A stretch of 64,000 nt of DNA from Vicugna vicugna (Eukaryota), in NCBI GenBank assembly GCA_013265495.1, contig MU058289.1, positions 1,609,451-1,673,450 on the forward strand, written 5' to 3'. The translations under genes were made by a program, and so were the position numbers. This document shows positions 1-12,405 of this stretch, in pieces (positions within the stretch are counted from its first letter, which is position 1; each line of letters opens with the position of its first letter). The notes under the pieces were generated by a model that ran no database searches, was not told the DNA's origin, and was given only the letters and a program-made list of their open reading frames with translations.

Positions 1-273
1 CTCAAGTCCTTTCTTGAAGCAAGTAAAAATTAGATAGTCAACAGTTCCCTAAGTCTTTTCCTGTGATTGCATCTTACTTTAGCAAGAGTTAATGAATTAG
101 ATGCCCAATTTAATAAGTTTCTCTTCTATAAAACTTTATAATTCATAGAGTAGAACTTCTGAGATTTTTCTATTTTTTCTTATCTGTTTCATTAATTTTT
201 TTAAAAGAATTTGATCTAAGTTGTGAAATGTATTGTTATAAACTTATTCATAATATCCTGTTAATATCCTTTT

Positions 274-1181
274 TTTTTTCTGAGTTCAAAATTTTAAAAT
301 TGCTTATGTTCAGTGCAAACCAGAGTGTTCAAATTCATGGCACAAGTTTTATTAGTCTTGGGTATTTTTGTATTCTTTATATGAATATTGCCTGTTTTAT
401 TAACACATATTGCTCTCAGCATACAGATGCAGATTATTTTCTAGCTATTATTAAAAGTAAGAAAAAGAAGTAAGGTAGGGTGTTCTGTAGAAGTGCTAGG
501 TTATTATTCAGTGAGTTATTTGCTATTGTTCTTTTTTGGCCATTTCTTGTTGGGGAATTGTGTCCTGTGCTGCTTGTTGCATTTTCTCCAGTTTTTCCAG
601 TCAGATTTTAAGGATAAAAGTTGGGGTTTACACAGCACCACTTGGTTATATCTTCCTCAGACAACTGCCCTTGTTTTGGAAGAACTTCCCAGAACATTGA
701 CTTCACTTCTGCCATATCTGATATGGTTTCTTGCTGAAAGTTCTACTGTTCTTTCTCCCCGCAGCTTTAGGCATCCAACCGGATATTACCAAGATGACTG
801 ACAGGTGTTGACTGAAACCTACAGAAGGAACTCGCTTGGCGACTCCAGTTGGAATGGATACTCCCTGGGGCCACCGGGGGCCAAGTTATCCCCGTCTTTC
901 CATCATGACCCCAATCTAAATTGTCAAATGCAACTTTCGGACAGGACAGGGATTTTTGGAGCCCTCAACTCTTGTCTACCTAGGTAAGTGGACTAGACGT
1001 CCCAACAAAATAAGAGCGAGGAAACTTGCTCGCTCAATACCTCAACCCGGGCGGGTAGTCCAGAATATGAATTAACTTGTTTAGTATGGGATGTCTGGGT
1101 CACCTTTGGTTCGTTTTCGGACCTTCTTACAGATGCATGTCTTCTGAGACAGCTCAACTGTTGCCCCAAGCAACTGTCCCC
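274..1181 (-). pseudogene. BBIP1: Processed pseudogene (retrocopy) of BBSome-interacting protein 1; CDS remnant 508-774
   Basis: The minus strand from ATG 774 reads MPKAAG..., then [24 protein letters not shown] / [12 protein letters not shown] / LEKLEKMQQAAQDTIPQQEMAKKEQ*QITH*. This matches BBIP1 as I recall it ([16 protein letters not shown]...[21 protein letters not shown]...QQEMAEKDQRQITH). Intronless, with at least 2 frameshifts and a premature TAG. A-tail (T run 270-279). Imperfect TSD GTTAATATCCTTTT (260-273) / GTTAGTGTCCTTTT (1182-1195). Confidence 0.93.
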
Positions 1182-2029
1182 GTTAGTGTCCTTTTAACAT
1201 CTGTAGGCTCTGTAGTGATGTTTCCCCTATGACTAGGGTCTTCTTCCCCCAAACCCCTGCCCCTTATGTCTTGCTAGGGGTTTATCACTTTTATTCATCT
1301 ATTCAAGGAATTAGATTTGGTTTTGTTACTTTTATCTATTGTTTGTTTTCCATTTCATTGACTTCTGCTATTATCTTCATTATTTCCTTCCTTCTACTTA
1401 TTTTGGGTTTAATTTGCTCTTCTTTTTTTAGCTTCTTTAAGGTAGAAGCTTAAATTATAGATGTTAAACCATTCTTCTTTTCTAATATAAGCATTTAAAC
1501 CTGTAAATTTCCTTCTAACAATACTTTAGCTGCATCCCACACAATTTAATATGTATTTTATTATTATTATTCAGCTAGAAACATTTTCTAATTTCCTACT
1601 GTGATTTCTTCTTTGACCCATAAATTATTTCAAACAGTGTGGCATAATTTCCAGATTTTGGAGAATTTTCTACTTGTCTTTTGTTAATAATTCCTTATAT
1701 ATATCCATCATGGTCAGAGAGTATGCTCTGCATGAAATCCTTTGAAATTATTGAGACTTGTTCTACAGACTGATAAACTGATGAATGTTCCATATGCACT
1801 TAAAAAGAATGTGCATTCTGCAGTTATTGGGTGTATTATTCTGTAAATGTTGAGTCAAATTGGTTGATCATGTTCTTCAAATCTTCTGATTTTTTTGGTC
1901 TGTTCTAATAGTTACTGGAGAGTTATGTTAAAAATCTCTATGATGGTAGATTAATCTATTTTTCTTTTTATATATATATCAATTTTGCTTCATATGTTAT
2001 TAGACGCATGTAGTTTGTTTTCAACCATC

Positions 2030-2594
2030 TTTTCTTTTTTTAATTGAAGTATAGTTGATTTACAATGTTTCTGGTATATAGCAAAGTTACACATATATAC
2101 ATATATAAATCTATTCTTTTTCAGATTCTTTTCCATTATGGTTATTACAAGATACTGAATACAGTTCCCTGTGCTATACAGTAGGTCCTTGTTGGTTATC
2201 TATTTTACATATGTCAATTCTAAACTCCCAATTTATCCACCCATCTTTCTATTGTGGTAACCATAAGTTTGTTTTCTACATCTGTGAGACTGTTTCTGTT
2301 TTGTAAATAAGTTCATTTGTGTCATTTTTTTAGATTCCACATAAGAGCAATATCATACAATATTTGTCCTCTGTCTGACTTGCTTCACTTAGTATGATAA
2401 TCTCTAGGTCCATCCATGTTGCTGTAAATGGCATTATTTCATTCTTTTTTTTATGGCTGAGTGATATTCCATTACACACACACACAGACACACACACACA
2501 CATACATATACATACACACCACATCTTCTTTATTCATTCGTCTATTGATGAGCATTTAGATTGTTTCCATGTCTTGGCTATTGTAAATAGTGCT
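2030..2594 (-). mobile_element. Young 5'-truncated L1 3' end with internal (CA)n at ~2474-2520
   Basis: ttaattgaagtatagttgatttacaat ... agttccctgtgctatacagtagg 3'UTR. ORF2 C-terminus (EIMPFTATWMDLEIIILSE). Imperfect TSD tagacgcatgtagtttg / taggtgcacgtagtttg. Confidence 0.9.
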
Positions 2595-3517
2595 AGGTGC
2601 ACGTAGTTTGGATTCTTACTCTCTCCTAGTGAATCAACACTTTTATCACTATGAAACAGCTTTTTGTCAGGTCCTTTACATGATACTAATAGAGCTATAA
2701 CTGCTTTCTCATGACTAGTGTTGCTTGGTATATCTTTTTTATCCTTTTATTTTCACCTATCCCTTTTTTTATAATGTGTATAACTAAATGTGGTGTTTAT
2801 ATTCAGTTTGACAAGTTCTAGCTTTTACCTGGAGCATTTAGTTCATTTATATTTAATATAATTACTGATATGTTTAGGTTTAAGTTTACCATTTGGCAAT
2901 TTGTTGTCATTCTACTTTTTATTTGGTTTTTATTTTCTGCTTTCTTTTGTATTAATCAAAAAAATTTTATTATCCCATTTTTTTCTCCTCTATTAGAAAT
3001 TTAGCTCTACCTTTTTGCATTTATATTAGTGATTGCCCTAAAGATTACATCTATAATTCATTGTAGTCTAGGCTGAATTAGCTTTTTACTGCTTTATAAA
3101 CAATGAAGGGCGTTAAAACAATTTGATTCTATTTACGTTCTCTCTTTGTGTTATATTGTTATATGTTTTACTTCTACATATAAGCTCCCACAAAACATTA
3201 TTGCTTTTGATTTAAAGAGTCAATATATTTCTAAATATAATTTTTAAAATAGCCTTTTATGTTTATCCACATAGTTATCATTTAAGTGACTAGCCAGTTT
3301 TTCTGTTATTCTCTGAATGTGATGAGTCTTTTTCTATGGATGAATTAAGATTTTCTTCTTATGGTTTTCAAAAGTTTGCCTGTGATGTCTTTATGTGTGG
3401 TATTCCTTATGTTTTTCTTGCTAGCTTGAGGTTTGCTGCATTTATTAGATCTTTCATCAATTTTGGAAAATTTCCAATAACTAACACTTTTTGTTATATT
3501 TCTTCTGCCCCATTCTG

Positions 3518-3552
<35 letters not shown>

Positions 3553-4000
3553 GTGAGTCTCTAATTATACATATGTTAGACCTTTTGATATTATTCTGCA
3601 TGTCTCTCACACTCTGTTCTATTTTCTTTTTCTTTTTCTTTCCTCTTTGCTTCATTTTGGGTAATTTTGGCTTTCTCAGTTCACAGATCCTTTCTTCTGC
3701 TGGTTGCAATCAATTATTCATCCCATCCAGTATTGTCTTTTTCAGTTCTTAAGTGTCCATTTGTATCTTCTCAAGAAAGTCTATCTTACTATTGAAAATT
3801 TGCATCTTATTGTCCTTATGCACTCTGTTCATCTTATGCTCTGAAGTCTTTAACATAATTGTAATAATTATTTTAAAATTCTTTCCTGCTAATTTTAGCA
3901 TCTGGGTCATATTGGGATCTGCATGTATTGATTATTTTTTCTCTTGACTATGGATCACTCTGCTTCTTGACTATGGGCTCTGAGTCTTTGCATCTCATAA

Positions 4001-4120
4001 TTTTTTGAGGAGGATAGTTAGGTTTATTTATTTGTTTATTCTTAATGGAGGTACTGGGGATTGAACCTAGGACTTCTGCATGCTAAGCATGCACTCTACC
4101 AGTTGAGCTATACCCTCCCC
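4001..4120 (-). mobile_element. tRNA-Ala-derived SINE (Vic-1-like)
   Basis: Reverse complement is ggggagggtatagctcaactggtagagtgcatgcttagcatgc...ggttcaatccccagtacctcca plus an AT-rich tail. TSD ttgca(t/g)ctcataatttt. Confidence 0.92.
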
Positions 4121-5390
4121 AACTTGCAGCTCATAATTTTTTACATTATGTGTAACATACAAGTTTGGACATTGTATTTAAAAGAACCAAAGTGACTGGT
4201 GCAAAAACATTTTTTTTTTTCCCAGAGAGGACAAGCCTTTTCCTCTGTCAGTCTACTGGGATGAAGGGCTGATCATTCAGACTCAATCAAGAGTTGAGCT
4301 CAATTAGGGCTGGATTGCAGCTTTAGTTAGTTTCAGTTTACTTGGGCTTCAAGTGCCTTAAGGGCAAGATGTGATCTGTATGTCTCTCAGGCTCCTCCTT
4401 CTAGTGGGGCTTAGACCCACGCATTGGGAGCTGATGGAGATCTGTCTCTTTCAGTCCAGGACCAGCCTCCTGTACTGCTACCCATTTAACTGTAGAGGAG
4501 GACTAGCTCTGTGTTTTGATTTCTTATATATATTCTCATCTGTTGCTCTATCCCATAGAGATGTTTAATCTATCAGTAGTTTTCTCTTAGCCAGGCAGAG
4601 ACTGTGGCAGTTCCCATCATCTGCCTGCCCATGCCCAGACTTGGCAAGTGCCCCTCGTAGCCACCAATCTCTTCTTACCTATGAAATCTTGTCTTCTTTC
4701 TTTAAAGTTTAGTTCTTTTAGACTAATTTCTGATTCTGTTATAATAAATATCATCTTATACTTTATCCATTTTTTCCCCTGTCTTTATAGTAGAAGTGGT
4801 GGTCTGTTGTGACTTTTACAGCCCAACTGCAAGTGGAATTTGGAAGATTTAGGGGCCATATTTATATCCACTAGGAATATGTCCATTATACCCTCACAGC
4901 CAGTTCTTCCTCCAGAGTTGTGATAGAATGTTAGTCTTTCAGTTAAATAACATATGACATTTTTGGCTTTCATTTAAGGGCTGTGTTTTTTGGAAAAAGT
5001 CCCTTCAAACACCAGAACCACTCCTGGTGCAGTGAGATGCTTATTCTATGAGCAATGCACTGAAACTAAGACTAATTAATGGTGCTACAGAGGATGTCTT
5101 CCGTCCCATATTTGCTCTGGGTGCATACATATTGAGTGGAATTGTTACTGATTTCTGTCTTTCTCTCTTTTCAGAGCATGGTTGTTGAATTTACATAGTT
5201 AAAAGCACAGATGACATAATTGCATTGTTTAATCAACAGTAACCCTCTGAGTTTTGTATCTTCCATGGACACAGGGTGGAAGAATGGTGAAATCGGGACC
5301 AAATCTCTGTCTATAACCATTTGCCTCCTAAGTGTATGCAGTGAGAGTACCTGTGGTAAAGCACTTTGTAAACTTAATAGCACTCTAAGT

Positions 5391-5542
5391 GGGGAGGATA
5401 TAGCTTAATGGTAGAGTGCATGCTTAGCATGCACAAGGTCCTGGGTTCAATCTCCAGTACCCCTGAATGTATGAATGAATGAATGAATGAATAAATAAAT
5501 AAATACTGAATTACTCCCAGAAAAAAATTTTTAAAAATTAAA
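5391..5542 (+). mobile_element. tRNA-Ala-derived SINE (Vic-1-like) with (GAAT)n/(AAAT)n tail
   Basis: ggggaggatatagcttaatggtagagtgcatgcttagcatgcacaaggtcctgggttcaatctccagtacc. TSD aatagcactcta on both sides. Confidence 0.92.
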
Positions 5543-5709
5543 AATAGCACTCTATAGTTAGTTATGTTTTTCTCATCATTACTTAGAAACTTTTCCAATG
5601 ACCTTAATGACAAACAATAGAAATGGGTAAGAAGTGAGTCTGATTGCAAAGTAAGCAAAATAATGGAAATTAATCTATAATGAATTTATCTTAGGAAAAC
5701 CTTTCTAAA

Positions 5710-6220
5710 ATGCAAATCTGATGATGTCAGACCTGGCCCACAAGCCCCCCTGCCCCGCAAAAAAAAAAAACCAAACCTTCAATGACTTCTCTTTGCTTAA
5801 TATTCTTAGAATAGCCTTGAGTATGTTGTCTACAAAACCCTGTGTGAATCGGCTCCTTCTTAACTCTCCCATCTCACTGTCCCTTGTTCTCTCCACTCCC
5901 AGCCTTTGTCCTCCATTCCAGAAGCCATATTAAACTTCTATCAGATGCTTCCCCTTGAGCCTTCCCACTGCAGCTCTCAACCTAGGTATCACTTCAGTCC
6001 AGGAGCCTTCTGAAATGGTTGATCACTCCCACATCTTATCCAGCCTGTACTAAAGCCATTGTGCTAATCACTAGTGGTGAAATTACCAATTTATGCATAT
6101 CATACAGTAATCTCTAAGTTGTGCTAAGAGCCTTTCCACCACTGCATTCTTAGCGCCAACTCAGGGCCTTGCACAAAGTAGACATGCAAAACATCTCTGT
6201 CAGATGAATTAATAGATAAA
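5710..6220 (+). mobile_element. L2 LINE 3' fossil
   Basis: ctaaaatgcaaatctgat ... gggccttgcacaaagtagacatgcaaaacatctctgtcagatgaattaat resembles the L2 3' end. Confidence 0.55.
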
Positions 6221-6930
6221 TTACTATTTTTTTTGTTTTGTGAATTTACAGCAAAGATATCACAGTAAGGGAAAGGGTGACTTGTTTTTTTTCAAATACA
6301 AGATATAGAAGGGATTACTTCTAGTTTTACAGATTTTAATATATAAAGGCTTAAAATGAGTTGTTTAGGACATCAATTATTGCACCTGTGTTCTATGTTT
6401 GGTTTTTTTTTTTTAGAGTAAAATGTTTTGCCCCAAATCCAAGCATTTTTATTCATTTCTTGTTGTGTACTAAGTTAACATGCAAATTTCAATTGCCAGT
6501 TGAGTAGTTCTATATGGCAGACACCCATGGCTTTCTCATTCACCCCATCTGGGCCTCCAGTGTGGTCTAATTATCCTGAAAAGCCAAGATGTGTTAGAGC
6601 TGAGCTTGATTACTCTAATGGCACGCAATGTTTTTACAAATCTCCGGATTTCCTGAATAATTATCATTATCATATGTATGTGTTTAGCCAAAAGCTTAAT
6701 TGGAAAATTCCAGAATGAAACAATGCTACATGAGAAAAAAACCTCCCAGTCATTTTCTTTGAAAAAAAATTGTTTCAAATCAAAGAACCACTAATACATG
6801 CATAAGGTTAAACCGTCAAAACATGCAGAAGGGCTTATGATGCATGGCAATTATTCCCATCCTACCTCTCCCCAGCCACGGACCTAGGAAGGCAGCCACT
6901 TTTAACCCTTTCAGCTGTTTCTCCTGGTGG

Positions 6931-7617
6931 TTTTTTTTTTATTCTTATGTTTTATTGACGTGTAGTTGATTTACAATGTTAGTTTCAAGTGTACAGCAAA
7001 GCAATTCAGTTCTACATATACACACGTATTTCCAGAGTCTTTCAATTACAGCTCATCACAAAAAATTGTATATAGTTCCCTGTGCTATACAGTAGGTTGT
7101 TGCTGTTTATCTGTTTTCTATATAGTAATGTGTATCTATTAATCCCCAAATCCTAATCTATCCCTCCCTCCCCTTTCCCTCCTGGTGACTACAGTTTGTT
7201 TTCTGTGTCTGTGAATCTATTTCTGGTTTGTAAGTAATTTTTTTTTAAGATTCCACATATAAGTGACATCATGTGATACTTGTCTTTCTCTGAGTTATTT
7301 CACTTAATATGATAATCTCTAGCTCCATCCATGTTGTGGCAAATGGCATTATTTCATTCTTTTTCTATGGTTTAGTAATAGTACGTTGTTTATATATCCC
7401 ATATCTTCTTTATCCACTCATCTATTGATGGGCATTTTGGTTGTTTCAATGTCTTGGCTATTATAAATAGTGCTGCTATGAACATTGGGGTGCATATATC
7501 TTTTCAAATTATAGTTTTCTCTGATTATATGCTCAGGAGTGGGATTGCTGGATCATGTGGTACATCTATTTTTAGGTTTTTAAGGAACCTCCATACTGTC
7601 CTTCATAGTGGCTGCAA
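6931..7617 (-). mobile_element. Young 5'-truncated L1 3' end
   Basis: Same 3'UTR family as 2030-2594. TSD cctggtg on both sides. Confidence 0.9.
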
Positions 7618-8429
7618 CCTGGTGATTATTTTTAGTCTCTGAGTAATATGCTTACATCATCAGTTCTTGATTCATCCATTGTAGACATTATTTATTACTT
7701 TCCAGCTATGACAAATAAAGATTTATCTCATAGAGCAAGTACTTAGAGACATTTTAAAGTTCTTTTCCACTCCTGAGTTGCTTTTATTTCTTCCGTGCAG
7801 GACAAAGATCCAGGCTGTATGCATTGTAAGATGGACCCGTTATGTCCGGGTAGTGCTCATTCTGACTGTGTAGTTTGCTGCACTGACAGTTCCATAGTGT
7901 GAAGATGCCCCTTGCCTTTTGGCTATAATTTTGTTTGCTTGTCTTAGAGTGAGTCATGTTGCAGGCTTTCATCAAAGTCTGGAGACCACTGGAGCATATA
8001 TAAGAATGAGACCATAAATCATCTCTGTGATGGGGCCTTCAGCCACCCTCTGGTTGAAGCACTTCAGTTAGGGTGATCAGATGGAAAGCCACTCTCTAGA
8101 TGTTTAACTGGTGCGCCTCTAAATGACAGACTGTGGAGGTTTTGAGGCATTAATTCCTTTTTAGAGAAGAACTCCTGCAGTTTTTCTAGGGGGTGCATGT
8201 TAGGCCACCACATGGCTGCAAGGTGAGAGCGGCGGGGAGGGGAGTAGGATTCAGCCCTGTGTCTTACTCGTACCCTTTGCTGTTCTGGGCACAGCACACA
8301 AACCTCTTGGGGGTCCAAGGGAAGATTTACTCCCTGCTTGGCTGCTATTCTCCTTCTGACTCTCTACCACATGCATTTAGTCCTTGGCCTCCTGTACTTG
8401 GCTTCCTCAGTTACCTCCATGCTCTATTT

Positions 8430-10180
8430 TTGTGCATATGTGGTAAACATAAAATGTACCATTTCCACCATTTTCAAGGGTACAGTTCAGTGGCATTAAC
8501 CACACTCACAGTGTTGTGCAACCATCACTACTGTCTACCTGCAGAACTTTTCCATCTACTCAAACTGAAACTCTGTACCTATGAAGCAATAACTGCTTAT
8601 TCCCCACTCCCCACAGCCCCTGGCAGCTGTCATTCTACTTTCTATCTCTGTGATTTTGACTATAAATATCTCACATGCGTGGAATCACATAGTGTTTGTT
8701 CTCAGTGTCCACCCTCTATTTTATAACTTCAATAAGTCTGTTGAAATTTCTTATCTCTTGGTGGTTTCTCATCTCTTGTTGTGGATTTGCATCCTTTACC
8801 TCCTTTACTGTTATTTTTGTAGGGTATTGGGAGGGCATGGGGACTAGAGTGTGCAATTAAACAGCCATCTTTAACCAGGAGTTCATTCATTTTGAAAAGG
8901 GAATGTTCTAACAAAAGGACAAATATCGTATTATTCCATTTAAATGAGGTACCTGGAATAACCAAATTCATAGAGATAGAAAGAAGAATAGTGGTTACTA
9001 GGGCTGGAGGGCAGGCAGGGGTTAGTTGGAAGTTTTATTGTTTTGTGAGTATGGAGTTTCAGTTTGGAAAGCGAAAATGTGCTGGAGATGGATGGTAGTG
9101 ATGGTTGTACAGCAGTGTGAGTATACTTAATTCCACTTAAAAATGGTGAAAATGGTATAAATTTTGTGTTGTGTATGTTTTACCACGATAAAAATTTTTA
9201 AAAGAAAGGGTTTATCTCCATGGTATATGATTTTACTACAACTAAGTGTCTAAGGAAAAGCAGCTCCTTTAAAATGCTGTAGAAGTGGGGTTTTAATTTT
9301 GGAAATGACAGTATCTTGTATTGAGTTGACTTAAGTCTTGGTAACAATTATTAACCCTAGACCAAAAAAATTCTTTTAAATGCTATGCTTGAAGGCACTG
9401 GCAAGCAGCCTAAAGCAGGCAGGAATTGAAGGGAACATGAGTCTCATAAGTAGGGAGGGAAACTGGGTTAGTTCCAATTTTTCAGGCTTTTCCTCTGAGG
9501 GCACTTCCATTTTTTCAGCAACACATGACACATAGTGGACTAGAACTGAAAAAGAAAGGGGAGGTCTTACTAACTGGAGAGACTGAAGTTAGATTTTAGG
9601 GCTGCCAAAACTGCTGGAAATTGATGGGGAACATCCCAGAAAGGAGGGAGTTAGAGGGAGAAACTACAAAATCTGCATATAAATTCCTCTCAAATCCCTG
9701 GTTGACTTTTAACAGGAACATGCACAGGGGCAAGACCTCAAGGACCCCAGTTGAAAGTTTTAGCTAAAATTGTAGGCAGAAATTTCTATACTAGTTTGAA
9801 GTTCAAGTCCTGACAAATAGGAGGGGGTCGTTGAATTCCTAAAACTTTCTACTGAAACCCCAAAAGGCCAAGTCTTACAAGTAAGCCCAGGATTAAGGGT
9901 TATCAGAAACATCCATGAGATCAACTTAATAGCAGACTGGAAATGCAGAACACAGGAGAGTCAACCTGAAGACAGGTCAGTAGAAATTATTCAAATTATT
10001 TAAAATGATTGAAAAAGATGATCAAGTTGTCTAATATACGTGTATTTGGAGTCCGTCAAAAGAAGAAGGGGGAAAAGAATAGGGTGGAAAAAAATATCAA
10101 AGACCAGTGGTCCAGAAGTCCCCAAATTTGGTGAGATACATGAACCCACAGGTCCAAGAATCAAAAGAAAATCTACAGCA
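8430..10180. mobile_element. Cluster of old L1 fragments (3' end on - at ~8430-8700, 3' end on + at ~8905-9200, 5'/ORF1 region on + at ~9290-10180)
   Basis: tacagttcagtggcattaa...; gagatggatggtagtgatggttgtacagc; caacctgaagacaggtcagtagaaattattcaa (ORF1-like). Confidence 0.65.
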
Positions 10181-10367
10181 ACAAGAAGGACCTACTGTAT
10201 AGCACAGGGAACTATATTCATTTCTTGTACTAACACACAATGGAAAGGAATATGAAAAGAAAACATGTATATATACGTATCTGTATAACTGAATCACTTT
10301 GCTGTACCCCTGAAACATACATTGTAAATCAACTACACTTCAATACAAAATAAAAATTAAAAAAAAA
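10181..10367 (+). mobile_element. Short young L1 3' end
   Basis: ggacctactgtatagcacagggaactatattc ... cattgtaaatcaactacacttcaat followed by an A-rich tail. Confidence 0.85.
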
Positions 10368-11602
10368 TAGTGACTCGATACAAAAGTACAATAGTGGCCC
10401 TTGTACTTTTTTTCTGAAGTGAATGTGCAGATGTAAAGTTTGCAGAGAGCAGAGACTTTGTCTCAGTGGGCAGCCACAAGATGGGACACGAAGTTAAAAT
10501 CCAATGACTTCGAGGTCAACTGTCAGTCTAATGCTGAGGAATGCAGAGGGTCTGTCCCTCTATGGAAGTTCAGTAACCAGAGCACAACAGACCAGGAAAA
10601 AAGAACAATGGTTTATTCCTGCATCTGTAGGCTTTGTAAGCCTTTCCTTCCAAGGTATCAGGTCTGGGGCTAGGGTGAGGAAAGGTAGGCACCTGAGGTG
10701 CAAAATTTAAGGAGATACTCATTCTCAATGTACAATTCCAATAGGGAGAGAGGTGCTCTGGCACATGGCCACACCACTGCAGCATTAGGAATCAGAATCC
10801 AGTGAACACACTTTGCAAGCTGTGGGATGATAACAAACAGCACATTAATGTATTGTTAACAAAGCATTTTATGATTTGATCTTCATGAATAGTAGAGCAG
10901 AGACTCAGTATTGTCATGGTCCTCTCTTTATACTGGGAAAACCAAGAGCCAGAGAAGGTGATGGTTCTGACCTCAGGCAGACAATGGTTTAGCCAGGATT
11001 TCACTCAACTCTTTTCAGCCCAAACCTCAGCTCTTTCTAGTACAACAGCCAGCTAGAAGAGAAAGCAGTCTGCTCAATAACTGATTCAGCTCTACTTCTC
11101 TGTGTGCAAAAATTCCCATTTTTGCCCTCCCAAATATCTTGACTAATTTTGTGTTCTGATAGGTGACCTAAGTTATTGAAGATATAGACAAGTAAATTAT
11201 GATGAGTCATAGGCATACTTACTGGCACATAAAAATGATAGGGTAACTAATCAATGTGTTATTGCAAAACACTTTCATAAAAATTGCCTTTTTCTAGAAA
11301 TTCAAAGCATTATAAAAAGAAGTTACAATGGAACAACTTTTAGAGTTTATAGAAAATAATTTTAGGACAAAAGTATAAAAATTGAGCAAAATAATGAAAA
11401 GAACAGTAAATTATATGCTGCTATATTATAGTAATTACATAAATCATGTAGCAGTGATTCTTAAATTTGGATGGTATCGGATGCCTTACCAAGAGTTTTC
11501 CATTATTGAAAGTGATTTTTAGGCTAATACCCATCACTTACATCTAAGAGTATTAAAAGTTAGAGATACTTCATAGGTAATATTTTAAAGAATTGCTCAT
11601 CT

Positions 11603-12405
11603 TGTAACTGAGAAGGACCCTATTGTCATCATCAGTGACCATCTGGTATTTGTAATGGTGTTTATAACTGCTTAACTGTGAATTGTTTAAAGGGTTTTTT
11701 CTCATGCTTTTACTGACCAAGGTTAGGCTGGAGAGGAGGGAGGCTTGAATGGTCCGTCCACCCCCCTTGTGGTGCTGCATGGGGGCATCATGCTCAGTGC
11801 CTTCTTCTCGACCCTAGTGCCCTCCTCTTGACCCCACTACCCTCCTCTTGATCTCAACAACTCAGTTTTGTGCATCTAGTTGTTCATAACTCACCCCAAC
11901 TGCTCATGTCTGCAGTTGTGTTTGGCCCATTGTGGTTTCCTTGTATTCTGTTGTTCGAGGTGCAGGCCTCAGCCTGCTAAAAAGCATTTATTAACCTGAC
12001 TTTAAACCACACAAGTTTTTCTCTAGAGCTCTTTTCCAGGGACCCCTTTCCTATACACCCTTTGTTCTAGGTACAAGAGTATTAGAAGAGTCCCAAAGCC
12101 AGAACTGAACTTCATACCCAGCAGAGGGAAAGGCGTCACTACATCTGCAAAAACAAGAATAATTCTGCAACAACTTGTTACCCTATATGCAATCTCTGTG
12201 GGAACTAGCTCCACCCCTTGAACTCTTGAACTTTTACTATAAAACTCTCTTCCTACTTTCCCCAGGGGTCTCATACTCTTGGAGGCATTAGCCCACTATG
12301 ACCTCCTTTGCCTGGCAAAGAAAGCTGCCTTTTCTACTTCATCCAAAACTCTTTCCTGGAGTCTCATTTTGGTAAATGAGGTACAGAGGCTGAGTTTCAG
12401 CAACA
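11603..12405 (+). mobile_element. Solo LTR, ERV1-type (family A, copy 1)
   Basis: TG...CA termini (tgtaactgag ... cagcaaca). 4-bp TSD ATCT at 11599-11602 and 12406-12409. TATA-like ctataaaa at ~12237. Homologous over its whole length to 29040-29833. Confidence 0.9.

Larger units (their letters stand above)
1196..4800 (-). mobile_element. Old, degraded LINE-1 (ORF2 through 5' region), split by younger insertions; continues at 1-259 beyond the BBIP1 retrocopy
   Basis: Typical antisense L1 ORF2 text (tttccttccttctacttattttgggtttaatttgctcttc; gctgcatcccacacaattt). ORF1-like peptide 3494-3709 (IEQSVRDMQNNIKRSNICII). Boundaries approximate. Confidence 0.75.

Noticed and set aside
981..990. Plus-strand donor TAG|GTAAGT in the retrocopy leader as a captured piece of the head-to-head neighbour of BBIP1
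   Set aside because: I cannot verify this without the parental locus, and a single donor-like motif is not enough.
361..1190. Endogenous viral element, suggested by CpG-rich unique sequence inside L1
   Set aside because: Explained by the BBIP1 retrocopy.
10382..10413. Hairpin AAAAGTACAA/TTGTACTTTT plus T run resembling an intrinsic terminator
   Set aside because: Mammalian context and an AT-rich stem next to an L1 tail. No supportable function.
12023..12274. Duplicated 83-aa gene family (with 29171-29422)
   Set aside because: Both ORFs are antisense frames inside the solo LTRs. The similarity only reflects DNA homology.
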